Counted from the stretch's first letter, positions 31,346-42,111 are shown. The stretch is 64,000 nt of DNA from Chloroflexota bacterium (GCA_963662335.2 CAXXVD010000003.1:64001-128000), one strand, 5' to 3'. Notes: generated from the letters alone by a model not told the origin. Translations and numbers: made by a program.

Positions 31346-33091
31346 CTAGCGGCCCATGGCGTAGGGCACCAGCGTTCGGGGCGAGGCCGCGCCTTCGATT
31401 AGGCCGGTATCCGGGTCGAAGCGCGCGCCGGTCACCTGGCCGTGCCCCCAATCCGCGCCCACCACGATCTCGTGGCCCATGGACTCCAGCGCCGCGCGGG
31501 TTTCCTCAGAAATGCGGCCTTCCACCACCACCCGTTTCGGATACGCCGCGCGCGGGTAGAACGAACTGGGGAAGTGCATGGTATGGAAACTCGGCGCGTC
31601 GATGGCGGCTTGCAAGTCCATGCCGAAGTCCACCACGTTCAGGAAGTATTGCAGCGTCCACTGGTCTTGCATATCGCCGCCGGGGGTGCCGAATACCATG
31701 TGGGGACGCCCGTCTTTCATGACGAGCGAGGGCGTGAGCGTGGCGCGCGGCCGCTTGTGCGGCATCAGCGCGTTGGGATGCGCCGGATCCAGCGAGAACA
31801 TCTGGCCGCGCGTGCCCAACGGGAAGCCCAGCCCCTCAATCACCGGCGAGGACATCAGCCAACCGCCGCTGGGCGTGGCCGAGAACATGTTGCCTTCCCC
31901 GTCGATGACGTCCAGATGGGTGGTGTCGAAGGCGTAGAAGGCCGGGTCGCCCGCCTGCCGCTCCAACGTGGTCGGCGGCACGCCGCCGGGCCGCAACTCG
32001 GCCGAGGCCGCCGCCGGGTCGATCAGCGCGCTGCGCTCCGCCGCGTATTCCTTGCTCAAGAGACGCTCCAGCGGCACGTTGGCGAACGCCGGATCGCCGT
32101 AGTAGGTCTCCCGGTCGGCAAAGGCCAGCTTCGCCGCCTCGACCACGGTGTGGATGTACTCAGGCGTGTTGTGCCCCATGGCGGCCAGGTCGAACCGCTC
32201 CAGCAGCGTGAGTTGCTGCAGGAAGACCGGCCCCTGGCACCAGGGCCCGCACTTGTAGACGTCCAGGCCGCGATAGTTCACCGTGACCGGCGGCTCGACC
32301 TTGGTGCGGAACGCGGCGAAGTCCTCCGCCGTGATCAGGCCGCGATGCCTCTGGCCGTTGGCGTCGAGCACCGCCGTTTCCGCCGCGAACGCCGCGGCCG
32401 TCGCCGCCACCTCGCCCCGGTAGAAGTAGTCGAGGGCGGCGCGCAATCCCGCTTCCCGCCCGAGATTTCGCTCCCGCGTTTCGGCGTCTATGGCCCCTTG
32501 GAAGGTGCGCGCCCAATCGGGCTGCCGCCAGATGGAACCCACCGCCGGCGCGGCGCCATCGAGCAGGAACGCCCGCGCCGAACTGGGCCACTGGGCGCGA
32601 AATTTTTCCGCCTGGTTGCCAAGCGCGCGGCTCAGCTCCGGGTACATGGGAAAGCCGTCGCGCGCCAGATCCACCACCGGGCCCAGCGTCTCCGCCAGGC
32701 TCAAGCGCCCGAAGCGCAGCAGCGAGGTCACCCACGCGCCAAACGCGCCCGGCACCGTGGCGGGCAGAAAGCCGTCGCCGGGAATCAGGTCGATGTTCTG
32801 CGCGCGAAACCACTCGATGGTCGCCCGCTTGGGGGACATGCCCTGGCCGTTGACGGCAACCGGCTGCGGCCCGCCGTCGCCGGCGCGGTGGATGAGGATG
32901 GGCGACTCGCCGCCGATGCCGTTGGCGTGGGGTTTGAGCAGGTTGAGGGCAAAGCCGGCCGCCACGCCGGCGTCGATGGCGTTGCCGCCGGCGTCCAGCA
33001 CGCGCATGCCGATTTCGGTTGCCAGGTAATGCCCCGTGGCCACGACGCCGTGCGTGCCCATGATGACGGGGCGTGTCGTAAACTCTGCCAT
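31346..33091 (-). CDS. ggt: Gamma-glutamyltransferase family protein
   Basis: GGNAIDA, ATVPG, DTTHL..ID.EGN (autocleavage Thr), GTPGG. Confidence 0.9.
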   Translation of the reverse strand: MAEFTTRPVIMGTHGVVATGHYLATEIGMRVLDAGGNAIDAGVAAGFALNLLKPHANGIGGESPILIHRAGDGGPQPVAVNGQGMSPKRATIEWFRAQNIDLIPGDGFLPATVPGAFGAWVTSLLRFGRLSLAETLGPVVDLARDGFPMYPELSRALGNQAEKFRAQWPSSARAFLLDGAAPAVGSIWRQPDWARTFQGAIDAETRERNLGREAGLRAALDYFYRGEVAATAAAFAAETAVLDANGQRHRGLITAEDFAAFRTKVEPPVTVNYRGLDVYKCGPWCQGPVFLQQLTLLERFDLAAMGHNTPEYIHTVVEAAKLAFADRETYYGDPAFANVPLERLLSKEYAAERSALIDPAAASAELRPGGVPPTTLERQAGDPAFYAFDTTHLDVIDGEGNMFSATPSGGWLMSSPVIEGLGFPLGTRGQMFSLDPAHPNALMPHKRPRATLTPSLVMKDGRPHMVFGTPGGDMQDQWTLQYFLNVVDFGMDLQAAIDAPSFHTMHFPSSFYPRAAYPKRVVVEGRISEETRAALESMGHEIVVGADWGHGQVTGARFDPDTGLIEGAASPRTLVPYAMGR

Positions 33092-33532
33092 GTGCTCTGT
33101 TCGCTCCTTATGCCGTGCAGGGCCTGCGGATAGCTCCCATAGCGCGCCACGATCGGCCAGCCGGCCGCCTCAGACAGGTTCATTGAACGAGATACTGCAC
33201 AAAACGTAGCACGACAATGTTCAATCCGCAAACGCCAGTGCATGGGATTTGCGAATACTCGAAAGCGTACCCTGCGCACAACAGACCCATGCCGTCTTAG
33301 TCAGCGCCTCTCGTGCCGACGTGGCCGTTTATACTTCGACAAGGGCTTCGCGCAGCCCTCAGCACGAACGGCCGCGTGAACGCACCTTAGTCGCCGTTTT
33401 GGCGTAGCGTTAGCAGCATATGCTTTACAAGAGCATCAAAGAATTGCTCAACCCGGCTGCGTGTAGTCACCAACTCACGGCAGTGGTACGATTCGTGGAG
33501 TAACCTCGTTTCAATTCTCCATTCTCCAATCC

Positions 33533-34891
33533 ATGAGACCACAACCTACCAAGCCCGTGCCCGAAACTCCCCTCGACCTCGGCGACAACTTGCGCCTGCG
33601 CTTTGCCGTATCCGCTGATTTCGAGGCCTGGGTTGACTTCAATGAGCGCATGCGCGAGTACGACCCGTCCTCAAACCGCATTGGCGTCTGGGCCCACGAA
33701 CTCATGTCCGGCCGGCATCCCACGACGCGAGCCAGCGACTTCACGGTGGTAGAGGACATGCGTACCGGCAAGATCGTCTCGTCCCTCTGCCTGATCCCGC
33801 AGACGTGGTCGTATGGCGGCATGCCGTTTGGCTGCAGCCGCATCGAGCAGGTGGGCACCGACCCGGCGTACCGGCGGCGGGGCCTCATCCGCAAGCAGAT
33901 GGACGTGATCCACGCGCTCAGTGAGACCAAAGGGGAGTTGCTGCAAGCCGTCACCGGCATCCCGTGGTATTACCGGCAGTTTGGCTATGAATACGCCCTG
34001 GACCTTTACTACGGCCGCGTGGTGCGCGTGTCGCCGCCTAACCCAGAAAACACAACGCAGTATCGTGTCCGGCCCCTCATCGACTCCGACAAAGCCTTTG
34101 TCCGCGAAGTCTACGCGCATGCCGCCCAACGGCAGCCTTACAGTGTGGTACGCTCCGACGTGCACTGGGAATGGGAGTTCTCCGGCCGAACGCCTGACAG
34201 CGAGGTCTATAGGCCGTGGCTCATCGTCGAGGACGCGACGCATAGGCCGGTTGGCTTCATCCAGCACCACCCCCTCCTGCCTTCCACAAAGCCGGACCCT
34301 TGGCGCCTCGTGATCCGCCAATGCGCCCTCGCGTCCGGCGTAAGTCACCTCAACGTCGTACCGGACCTGCTTACGGAACTATCGAGGTATGTCCAATCAC
34401 AGAGGAACCCTGACTACAACGCAGAAACCACGCAGCCGGGCGAAATCGTGTTCTTTCTGGGACGCGACGACCCTCTCTATGCCGGTCTGCCAGCCTCGAA
34501 ACGGTCTTCCATGTGGGGTTATGCCTGGTATATTCGCATACCGGATTTGGCGGCATTTCTCCGCCACGTACGGCCCGCACTGGAGAAGCACCTCTTGGGA
34601 ACACCGGCGGAAGGCTACACCGGCGCGCTCACCCTGGATTTCTTCCAGAGTGGATTGCGGCTTGAATTCGCGCAGGGCAAGATCACTGAGATTAAGAATC
34701 TAGACCACAAGGAAATCGAGTCCAGCGACGCCAGCTTCCCCGACCTGACCTTCCTGCAATTGCTCGGCGGACGCCGCGCCTACGCCCAGCTAAAGGAGAG
34801 CTATCCCGACTGCAGCGCCACACCAACCGCCCAGTCCTTGCTCGCGGCGCTCTTTCCGCCGTTTACGGGAAATCTGTGGCACTCGGATTAG
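33533..34891 (+). CDS. GNAT N-acetyltransferase (Eis-like)
   Basis: VGTDPAYRRRGL acetyl-CoA motif, GIPWYYRQFGYE. Confidence 0.82.
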   Translation: MRPQPTKPVPETPLDLGDNLRLRFAVSADFEAWVDFNERMREYDPSSNRIGVWAHELMSGRHPTTRASDFTVVEDMRTGKIVSSLCLIPQTWSYGGMPFGCSRIEQVGTDPAYRRRGLIRKQMDVIHALSETKGELLQAVTGIPWYYRQFGYEYALDLYYGRVVRVSPPNPENTTQYRVRPLIDSDKAFVREVYAHAAQRQPYSVVRSDVHWEWEFSGRTPDSEVYRPWLIVEDATHRPVGFIQHHPLLPSTKPDPWRLVIRQCALASGVSHLNVVPDLLTELSRYVQSQRNPDYNAETTQPGEIVFFLGRDDPLYAGLPASKRSSMWGYAWYIRIPDLAAFLRHVRPALEKHLLGTPAEGYTGALTLDFFQSGLRLEFAQGKITEIKNLDHKEIESSDASFPDLTFLQLLGGRRAYAQLKESYPDCSATPTAQSLLAALFPPFTGNLWHSD

Positions 34892-35017
34892 ATTCAGTCT
34901 TTTTGGTAAGGGATTTTCGTCAATGGCTGAAAGCATCTCTTTCCCGCTACTTTGCATAGGAGCTAGTATGAGAATAAGACCATGCCAGTTGAGTGGTATT
35001 CAATACGGACAAACACT

Positions 35018-36145
35018 ATGAGCGACTCAAGTACAGAATTGCTGCAAATGGCCGAAGTCATGGATCAATTGGCTGCGCGTGGCCGGCAAGAAGAGATCCA
35101 GCAACCGCTTGCTCGGCTGAAACAGGCCGCCGAGGAAATAGAGAAAGCTTGGAGCGGTGCATGGTTCGGCTACCACGCTAACGTGTACTACAAAGATCTA
35201 CAACCACCACCACCGGGGGCGCATTTCAGCCAGGAATGGGGGTTCAAGGTTGTCGAGTTTCATGGCACTACCGGGCAATGGGTCGAATTCGATGCAGAAG
35301 ACGTTGAAAAAGCGATCTATGAACGTGCAGGCAATCCTGACATTGGGCCTGCTCACAAGTTCAATGATGAAGCTTCCAGGGAGTTCCAAGCGTTCAAGTT
35401 GGATCTACTTTCAATTTTAGAAATAGAAATGGGTGGATCAGATTCTTCCTTTCTGCTGCAATTGAAAAAAAGTGTGGACAGACTAGCAGTTCTGACTGAG
35501 CACGAGTTGATTGACCGCTGGACGCCTGCGAAGCTAATGACACGTGATTCAATTGCTTCGAGTCAAGGACGCTGGATCCCACCGCATATTGCCGCTCTCT
35601 CACAAGTTGAAGCGATCCTGCAAACGATATACACGGTTACGAAGTTCGTAGAGTTGACTAGACAAGCCGAATCACACATTTCACGGAAGGGGCGCAGGCA
35701 AGTGGATAGTGGAGCTATTGGTAGGAATGTGTTCATAGGCCATGGCCGTTCACTGGTCTGGCTCGAACTACAGAATTTCCTTCAGAATCGTCTGCACCTG
35801 CCAGTCGATGACTTCAACCGGGTCCCGACTGCTGGGAAAACGAACGTGGAACGCCTATCTGAAATGATGGATAGTGCCAATTTTGCCTTTCTCGTATTGA
35901 CGGGAGAAGACGAACAATCTTCTGGACAGGTACATGCTCGCCTGAATGTGATCCATGAAGCTGGACTATTCCAAGGAAGACTAGGGTTTAAACGCGCGAT
36001 AATTCTGCTTGAGGAAAACTGCGAGGAGTTCAGCAACATCGCAGGCCTTGTGCAACTAAGGTTTCAAAAGGACAACATAAAGTCAGTGTTTGAGGAAGTC
36101 AGGCAGGTCCTAGAGCGGGAAGGGATATTGGAGACTGGCCCATAG
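35018..36145 (+). CDS. TIR-like domain protein (Cap12/Pycsar-type TIR) with an unknown N-terminal domain
   Basis: VFIGHGR, FAFLVLTGED, ARLNVIHEAGLFQGRLG, EFSNIAGL; visibly lower GC than flanks; alternative ATG at 34982. Confidence 0.85.
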   Translation: MSDSSTELLQMAEVMDQLAARGRQEEIQQPLARLKQAAEEIEKAWSGAWFGYHANVYYKDLQPPPPGAHFSQEWGFKVVEFHGTTGQWVEFDAEDVEKAIYERAGNPDIGPAHKFNDEASREFQAFKLDLLSILEIEMGGSDSSFLLQLKKSVDRLAVLTEHELIDRWTPAKLMTRDSIASSQGRWIPPHIAALSQVEAILQTIYTVTKFVELTRQAESHISRKGRRQVDSGAIGRNVFIGHGRSLVWLELQNFLQNRLHLPVDDFNRVPTAGKTNVERLSEMMDSANFAFLVLTGEDEQSSGQVHARLNVIHEAGLFQGRLGFKRAIILLEENCEEFSNIAGLVQLRFQKDNIKSVFEEVRQVLEREGILETGP

Positions 36146-36157
36146 TTCGCCTAGTGG

Positions 36158-36919
36158 TTACTGCGCCGTGTAGCCGCCGTCCACCGGCAGCGCCGCGCCG
36201 GTGACGAACGACGCGGCGTCGGAGCAGAGCCACACCACCACTTCAGCCACTTCCTCCGGGCTGGCGAAGCGTTCGTTGGGCTGGGAGGCCAGCAGCCGTT
36301 CGCCCACCTGGGGATTGCGGGTCACCAGGGTTTCCAGCATGGGGCTGTAGACCGCGGCCGGGCAGACGCAATTGACGCGGATACCGTGGGGGGCGTACTG
36401 GAGCGCCGCCGTCTTGGTGAGGCCGACCACGCCGTGCTTGCTGGCGGCGTAGGCCGGGCTGTGCTGGCTGCCGACCAGACCCGCCACTGAGGACGTATTG
36501 ACAATTGCGCCGCCGCCGGTGCGGAGCAAGGCCGGGATCTCGTGCTTCATGCAGAGCCAGACGCCCTTGAGGTTCACGTCCAGCACGTCGTCCCAGTCCT
36601 CTTCCGTGAAGTCGATCATGGCCGCGCCGCTGCCCAGCGTGCCGGCGTTGTTGAAGGCGAAGTCCAGACGGCCAAAGGCGCGTACGGCAACCGCCACCAT
36701 GGTTTCCACGTCGGTCGCAACGCGCACGTCGGTCTTGACGAATGCGGCTCCCCCACCTGCTTGCGCAATCAGGTCCGCCGTTTCCTCCCCGCCCGCCGCG
36801 TCCACGTCCGCGACGACCACGCTGGCCCCGCCGCGCGCAAATCCAAGCGCCGCGGCGCGGCCAATGCCCGACGCCCCGCCGGTGACCAACGCTACCTTGC
36901 CCTCAAACGGACGTGACAC
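36158..36919 (-). CDS. Short-chain dehydrogenase/reductase
   Basis: TGGASGIG, NNAG, YAASK, PVDGG. Confidence 0.95.
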   Translation of the reverse strand: MSRPFEGKVALVTGGASGIGRAAALGFARGGASVVVADVDAAGGEETADLIAQAGGGAAFVKTDVRVATDVETMVAVAVRAFGRLDFAFNNAGTLGSGAAMIDFTEEDWDDVLDVNLKGVWLCMKHEIPALLRTGGGAIVNTSSVAGLVGSQHSPAYAASKHGVVGLTKTAALQYAPHGIRVNCVCPAAVYSPMLETLVTRNPQVGERLLASQPNERFASPEEVAEVVVWLCSDAASFVTGAALPVDGGYTAQ

Positions 36920-36955
36920 GTGAACGCTCCTTACCCTGAAAATAGCGTGACCGAG

Positions 36956-37138
36956 CCGTTCGCCCTGAGCGGGGTCGAAGGGTGAACGGCGGATTGAGCG
37001 TGTAGCTACTCCGCCCGCACATCTCTCCGTTCGTGCTGAGGGCTTCGCGCAGCCCCTGTCGAAGTATGAACGGAGAGATGTGCGGGCGTTTTCATTCCCT
37101 TCTGTGGCTGGCAGGCGGGGGACAAGCCCCCGCGCTAC
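36956..37138. repeat. REP-E twice and REP-A
   Basis: CCGTTCGCCCTGAGC..GTCGAAGGG; second copy holds an inserted GGGCTTCGCGCAGCCC hairpin; REP-A at 37115-37138. Confidence 0.75.
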
Positions 37139-37163
37139 GGTGGAGCCGGCGTTGCGACGGCGT

Positions 37164-38108
37164 CTAGCGCGCTACCGCCGCGCCGGTAGCGGCGCTCGCC
37201 TTCGCCACGTAGGGCGCCATGTAGTCCCGGAACTGCCGCGCGCAGTTGTCCAGGTTGTCCAGGCCGCCGCCGCCGCGCAGGGAGGAGCACATCTCGTAGG
37301 CCACCGTGCCGGTGTAGCCGGTTTCGCTGAGCGTCTCGAAGAAGGTCGGGTAGTCGATCAAGCCCTCGCCCATAGGCACCGCCAACATGCGCGCCGGTTC
37401 CGCCGCGTAATTCACCAATGCCGGTTCGTAGCGGTAGCGCGGCAGGGCAACGTAGTCGGCCGCCGTGGTGTAGGCGATGAAGGGCGCCATGCGGCGCACG
37501 GCGTCCGCCAGCGCCTCGCCGCGCAGGCCGTGCAGGGCAGGCGACCAGGCGTCGAAGGCCGCGCGGCAGTTGGGATGGTCCACCTCGGCGAGCAGTTGGT
37601 ACATGCTCTCGTAGCCCGCGGCGATGTCGTGGTGGTTCTGCACCGTGAGCGTCACGCCGAAGTCGGCCGCCAGCCGCGCCGCCTCGCGCAGGCCGGTGAC
37701 AACGCTCGTCCAACCGGCGTCGTAGGAGAGGCCCTCCCGCTCGTAGCCGGTAAAGATGCGGATCGCGGGGCAATCCAGGTCCCGCGCCAGCGCCGCCAAT
37801 TCCGCGATGTAGACGATCTGGTGCTCCCAGAAGGGCACGTCGGGACGGTCGGGGCCGACGGTAAAGTCATTGTAGCCGGCCAGCGAATGCACGCGCAGGC
37901 CGTGCTCCGCCAGCAGCGCGCGCAGCGCGGCGCGCTTTTTCGGCTGATGCGCGGGATAGTCGAGCAGAGAGAGATGGGGCCGCTTGGCGACCAGCATCAC
38001 GCCTTCGAATCCGAGCGCGGCCGCGCGGGGTATGAATTCCTCCAGCGTCAGCCGCTCCTGTCCCGGCCACACGCCTGCGTAGCTGACCGAATGTAACGCC
38101 AATTGCAT
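37164..38108 (-). CDS. Sugar phosphate isomerase/epimerase (xylose isomerase-like TIM barrel)
   Basis: QNHHD, AFDAW, GEG.IDY..F, YTG.VAYE. Confidence 0.82.
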   Translation of the reverse strand: MQLALHSVSYAGVWPGQERLTLEEFIPRAAALGFEGVMLVAKRPHLSLLDYPAHQPKKRAALRALLAEHGLRVHSLAGYNDFTVGPDRPDVPFWEHQIVYIAELAALARDLDCPAIRIFTGYEREGLSYDAGWTSVVTGLREAARLAADFGVTLTVQNHHDIAAGYESMYQLLAEVDHPNCRAAFDAWSPALHGLRGEALADAVRRMAPFIAYTTAADYVALPRYRYEPALVNYAAEPARMLAVPMGEGLIDYPTFFETLSETGYTGTVAYEMCSSLRGGGGLDNLDNCARQFRDYMAPYVAKASAATGAAVAR

Positions 38109-38163
38109 GATCGTCGCTCCTCGTTCTACTGCTTACGCTTGCTACCGCTCTGCATTGCCTCAT

Positions 38164-40821
38164 TCAGGAGAGGCGAACCTCCTTGGTCGGTCTGCCATTG
38201 ACCGCCGCGCCGCGTTCGGCCTGGCCGTTTGCCGTGGTGTGCGGCGCGGGCAACGACGCCGGCGGCGCTGCCACCGCGGTCCCGGCGCGCGGCGCCGCTT
38301 CCACAGTGGCGCCACTGGCGCTGTTCTGCGGCGCATCGTCCCGGCCGGCTGCCGTGTTACCGGCGCTGGGTGACTCCCCATTGGCCGGAAAATCGGAAAC
38401 CTGCGCCGCGTCCGGCCCGGCAGCGGCGGAATCCGGTTCCGCCCGCGCGCCCGGCGGAGCGGGCGGGGCCGACTGTGGCTCCGGCGCAGCCGGAGATTGC
38501 GCCGGCGGAGCGCCTGTTGGGGGGCTTGACGCCGCTGCGGCCTGCGTTGGGGATGGCGCTTCGTCCGCCGCAGCCGTAGTCCCGGTTGCGCTCTCGGTTG
38601 TAGGCGCGGCTGAGGTGCCGCTCTCCAACGCAAGTTGCGCCACGTGCAGCAGGCGCGCCCGCAGCGCGTCGTTCTCGGCGCGCAGGGACTTCAGGGAAGC
38701 CGCCTCCAGCTTCGCCTGCATTTCTTGCGCCAGAATTGCGGCTTGCTGGGCCAGGGCCGTTTCCATCTGCTTCTGCTGGGTCAGGTCGCGCACCAGGCAC
38801 AGGAACTGGTCTGCCGCCAGCGCCGCCACGCCGCCGGCCAGCGCCTGGCCGCCCACCGGATGGCAGGTGAACCGCTGCGGTTGCCCCTCGCTCCGCGCGC
38901 GCTCGATGGCCGCCATGATTTGCGACGCCAGGTCTACCGGCAAGACTTCCCGCGCCTTGGCGTCCACGATGCTCTCTCCGTCGCGCGGGCCAAAGCTCTC
39001 GGCGGGCTTGCACTCCAGTATCGTGCCGTCGGCGCGCACGCGCAGCAGGAGATCCGGCAGGAGCGACCGCAGGGCGCGGCCGGTCTGTTCCGCCGATTCC
39101 AGCGCCGCCGCCTGCTCGCCCTGCAGCCGTTCCAGGTGACCGCGCAGTTCCTGATTCTCGTCTTCGCTCTCCTGGAGTTGCGCCGCGGCCTCCTCGAGTT
39201 CCGAGACGTCGCGCAGCCGGCACAGCACCGCGTCAGCCGCGCAGGGCGCGACCCGCACCGCCAACGCCTGGCCGCTGCCGCGCACGAACGAAAACTCCTG
39301 CACCGCGTCGCGTGCCAGGGCCGCGTCCGCCGCGGCGAGCAGCGGCGCCACGTCGTCGCCTTGAAAGACCTCCCGCACGTGCTTGCCCGCGAACACGTCC
39401 GCATAGGTTGCGGTTTCCGCGCCGGCCGGCGGTTGGAGGTCCTGGATTGCGCCCGCCCGCGTCATCTGGATGAGCCAATCGCCCGTCACGCGCCGCAGGG
39501 ACTCCGCCGCGCGGCGCTGCAATTCCAACTCCTGCTGCGCGCGCGCCTGGGCAGTTTGATCGCGTATGACGCAGAGCGCTTCGCCGGCGGCGCGCTGGGT
39601 CACGGTGACGCCGAGCGCCGCGCTGCCGTCGGCAGCGGTGTACTCCAGCCGTTCCGTCTTGCCGCCTTGGAGCACGCGCCCGACGGCGGCCAGGATCGCC
39701 GCGGCTTGGTCGGACGGCAGCACGGCAGCGATATTCTTGCCCAGCAGGTCGCTGGGCAGGGCCGTGGGGCCAAAATCGGCGGCGGGCTTCCAGTCCGCCA
39801 GCGTGCCGTCGGCGCGCACGCACAGCAGCACGCCGTCGGTGGCGTTGCGCAGCGCGCGGTGGCTGGCCTGAAGGTCGTGCAAGGCCCGTTCCGGCCCGGA
39901 CACCGGCGGCGCTTCGTCAACAGTGGGTACCGGGGCGGCGCTGGCCGCGGCCGGCTGGGTTGTTTTCGTCTTCGGTGCGGCTGCGGTTTTGCGCGCTCTC
40001 GCGCCAGTCATAGTGCCAACGAACACGCAGCCGTAGCCCGCCACGACAAGCCCTTGCCCCAGGAGCAGCAGCGCCGCGAGCGGCCACGCGTTGAGCAGCG
40101 GCAAGCGCGCCAGGGCCGCGAGCGTGACGATGAAGGCGAGCAGCAGCCAGCGGGCAAAGGGCTCGGCGCGCCACCTGCCGCCGCGCAGCAGACCGCCAAT
40201 GCCGCCCAGCGTGAGCGCGGCCGCCAGCAGCAGTTCCGGTTGGGCCGCCAGTGGCGGCAGCGGCTGGCCCAAGACCCACGCCACGGCGTCCGGCGGCGGC
40301 GCGGGGAAGACCAGCGCGGCAACGGATACGATGAAGGCGAGCGTGGCGGCGGCCAGAAAGACGCCGGCCGGTTCCGCGCTGGAGGGGCGGCTCTGCCGGC
40401 TTGCCAGCAGGCTCAAGACCAGGAAGAAGCTGAAGAAGAGCGCGGGCAGCAGCGCGCCCCGCTGTACGGCGGCGGCGGCGAGCGGCGCGCCGGCGGCGCC
40501 AAGAACGCCGGCGTAGGCCGCGAAGTGAACGAGATGGAGCGCGGCGGCAACCCACAAACCGGCGCTGATGAGCAAGTAGGAATCGCGCCGGGCCGCATAG
40601 AACCGCTGAAGCGCCGCGCCGCCCGCGGCCAGCGCAACCGCGGCCGCCAGGACGAGGCCAAAGGCATAGACGGCCTGGCCGCTCGTCGCGTAGGCGTCGA
40701 AGCGCGCGGCGTACACGAGCGCCAAGAAGACAAACGCCGCGCCGTACGCGGCGCGTGTCCGGTTTTTCCGCAATACCGCCAGCATACGTTTGAGTGTAGA
40801 GGACACGTTGCGCGTTTTCAA
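38164..40821 (-). CDS. Multi-pass membrane protein with three PAS-like domains and coiled coils; no output domain
   Basis: About 8 TM helices, three repeats of D....ADG.I.....(L/F).GK...(E/A)V(L/F), low-complexity tail. Confidence 0.65.
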   Translation of the reverse strand: MKTRNVSSTLKRMLAVLRKNRTRAAYGAAFVFLALVYAARFDAYATSGQAVYAFGLVLAAAVALAAGGAALQRFYAARRDSYLLISAGLWVAAALHLVHFAAYAGVLGAAGAPLAAAAVQRGALLPALFFSFFLVLSLLASRQSRPSSAEPAGVFLAAATLAFIVSVAALVFPAPPPDAVAWVLGQPLPPLAAQPELLLAAALTLGGIGGLLRGGRWRAEPFARWLLLAFIVTLAALARLPLLNAWPLAALLLLGQGLVVAGYGCVFVGTMTGARARKTAAAPKTKTTQPAAASAAPVPTVDEAPPVSGPERALHDLQASHRALRNATDGVLLCVRADGTLADWKPAADFGPTALPSDLLGKNIAAVLPSDQAAAILAAVGRVLQGGKTERLEYTAADGSAALGVTVTQRAAGEALCVIRDQTAQARAQQELELQRRAAESLRRVTGDWLIQMTRAGAIQDLQPPAGAETATYADVFAGKHVREVFQGDDVAPLLAAADAALARDAVQEFSFVRGSGQALAVRVAPCAADAVLCRLRDVSELEEAAAQLQESEDENQELRGHLERLQGEQAAALESAEQTGRALRSLLPDLLLRVRADGTILECKPAESFGPRDGESIVDAKAREVLPVDLASQIMAAIERARSEGQPQRFTCHPVGGQALAGGVAALAADQFLCLVRDLTQQKQMETALAQQAAILAQEMQAKLEAASLKSLRAENDALRARLLHVAQLALESGTSAAPTTESATGTTAAADEAPSPTQAAAASSPPTGAPPAQSPAAPEPQSAPPAPPGARAEPDSAAAGPDAAQVSDFPANGESPSAGNTAAGRDDAPQNSASGATVEAAPRAGTAVAAPPASLPAPHTTANGQAERGAAVNGRPTKEVRLS

Positions 40822-41226
40822 ACGGCGGGCGCGCGAATCCGCGAGTCAACCGGAGGAGGCCCTTGCATAAGCCCCTTCCCCGCGAGGGGATGATAGGGTA
40901 GGTGTTCCATATCCGACTTCACGTGTCTTTCCGAACGTAGCGTAGCGGAGTGTCGAACCCTGTTAGCGGAATCTAGAGCGCTGAGTCTATTGCACCGCGT
41001 AAAGCATGGACCCTAGATTCCTCGCCCCGCTCGGAATGACATGGCTCATGCAGTTTCATATAGTGAGCACTGATTCTGTCAACGAATTACCTGACACTTA
41101 CAGGAATGACGGCCTTACACAATGGTCTCCTGAAGGCAAAGACCCGACGCGATCGGCGACGATTGTGGCTGGTAGGACTAGGGCTTAGCGGCGGCTGTGG
41201 CTGGCTGCTGCAGGGCTTGGCGGCGG

Positions 41227-42111
41227 TTAGCAGACCACGTCCTTGCCCTCGCTGCCGAAGACCGCCATGCGCTCTTCCTGTTCCGTGTGCGGGGTGCCGG
41301 CCGGGATGAAGTGGAACTGGAGCGCGCGGCGGCGGCTTTGGCTGCGGTTGGCCGGTGTGCCGTGGTGCATCAGGCCGTCGAAGAAGAGCACGCCGCCCGG
41401 TTCCAGCGGCACCGCCACGTCGCGGTTGAGGTCCAGGTGGTCGTCGCAAATCTGCCAGTCGCGCCGCCGGAAGTGCACCACCGGCCCCTCTTTGTGGGTG
41501 CCGGGCTTGACGTGCATGCAGCCGTTCTCCAGCGTGGCGGCGTCCAGCGCCGTCCATGTGCCCACGATCGGCGTGCCCATGGGCAGATTGAAGAAGGCGT
41601 GGTCCTGGTGCCAGGGCTTTTCGCGCCCGATGCCGGGCGGCTTGCTCAGAGCTTGGTCCGCGAAGAGTTCCGGCGCGGCGTCCAGCAGGCGGCGCACCAC
41701 CCGTTGCAGGTTCGGGTGCTCCGCCATGGCTTTCAAGCGCGGCTCCCACTCCACGAATACCTGTAACTTGCGCACGCAATCGAGTTGCCGCTCGGGCGAT
41801 AGCGTGCGCACGTAGGACTTGGATGAGCCTTCGAACTGCACGCCACGAAAGTCGGGGTACGCGCCGGTCACCAGGTCTTTGAATCCCGCCAACGCAGCCG
41901 CCACTTCCGCGGGCGTAAACACGCGTTGGATGACGAGAAAGCCGGTCTGGCGGTAGAACGCCACGTGCTCGTCGCTGAAGTCCGCTACGTCGGCGATCCC
42001 GCTGGCGCAATTGTCGTAGCGGTAGAGTTGCTCGTTGTACTGCTGGGCCTCGTGTTCGTCGAACGAGAGTTCCGCGGTATCGGCCTGTTCCTTGACCTGA
42101 ACCTGTGCCAT
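41227..42111 (-). CDS. Phytanoyl-CoA dioxygenase family (Fe/2OG) protein
   Basis: KPP..G.EKPWHQD, WTALD.AT.ENGC, HHGT..N. Confidence 0.92.
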   Translation of the reverse strand: MAQVQVKEQADTAELSFDEHEAQQYNEQLYRYDNCASGIADVADFSDEHVAFYRQTGFLVIQRVFTPAEVAAALAGFKDLVTGAYPDFRGVQFEGSSKSYVRTLSPERQLDCVRKLQVFVEWEPRLKAMAEHPNLQRVVRRLLDAAPELFADQALSKPPGIGREKPWHQDHAFFNLPMGTPIVGTWTALDAATLENGCMHVKPGTHKEGPVVHFRRRDWQICDDHLDLNRDVAVPLEPGGVLFFDGLMHHGTPANRSQSRRRALQFHFIPAGTPHTEQEERMAVFGSEGKDVVC

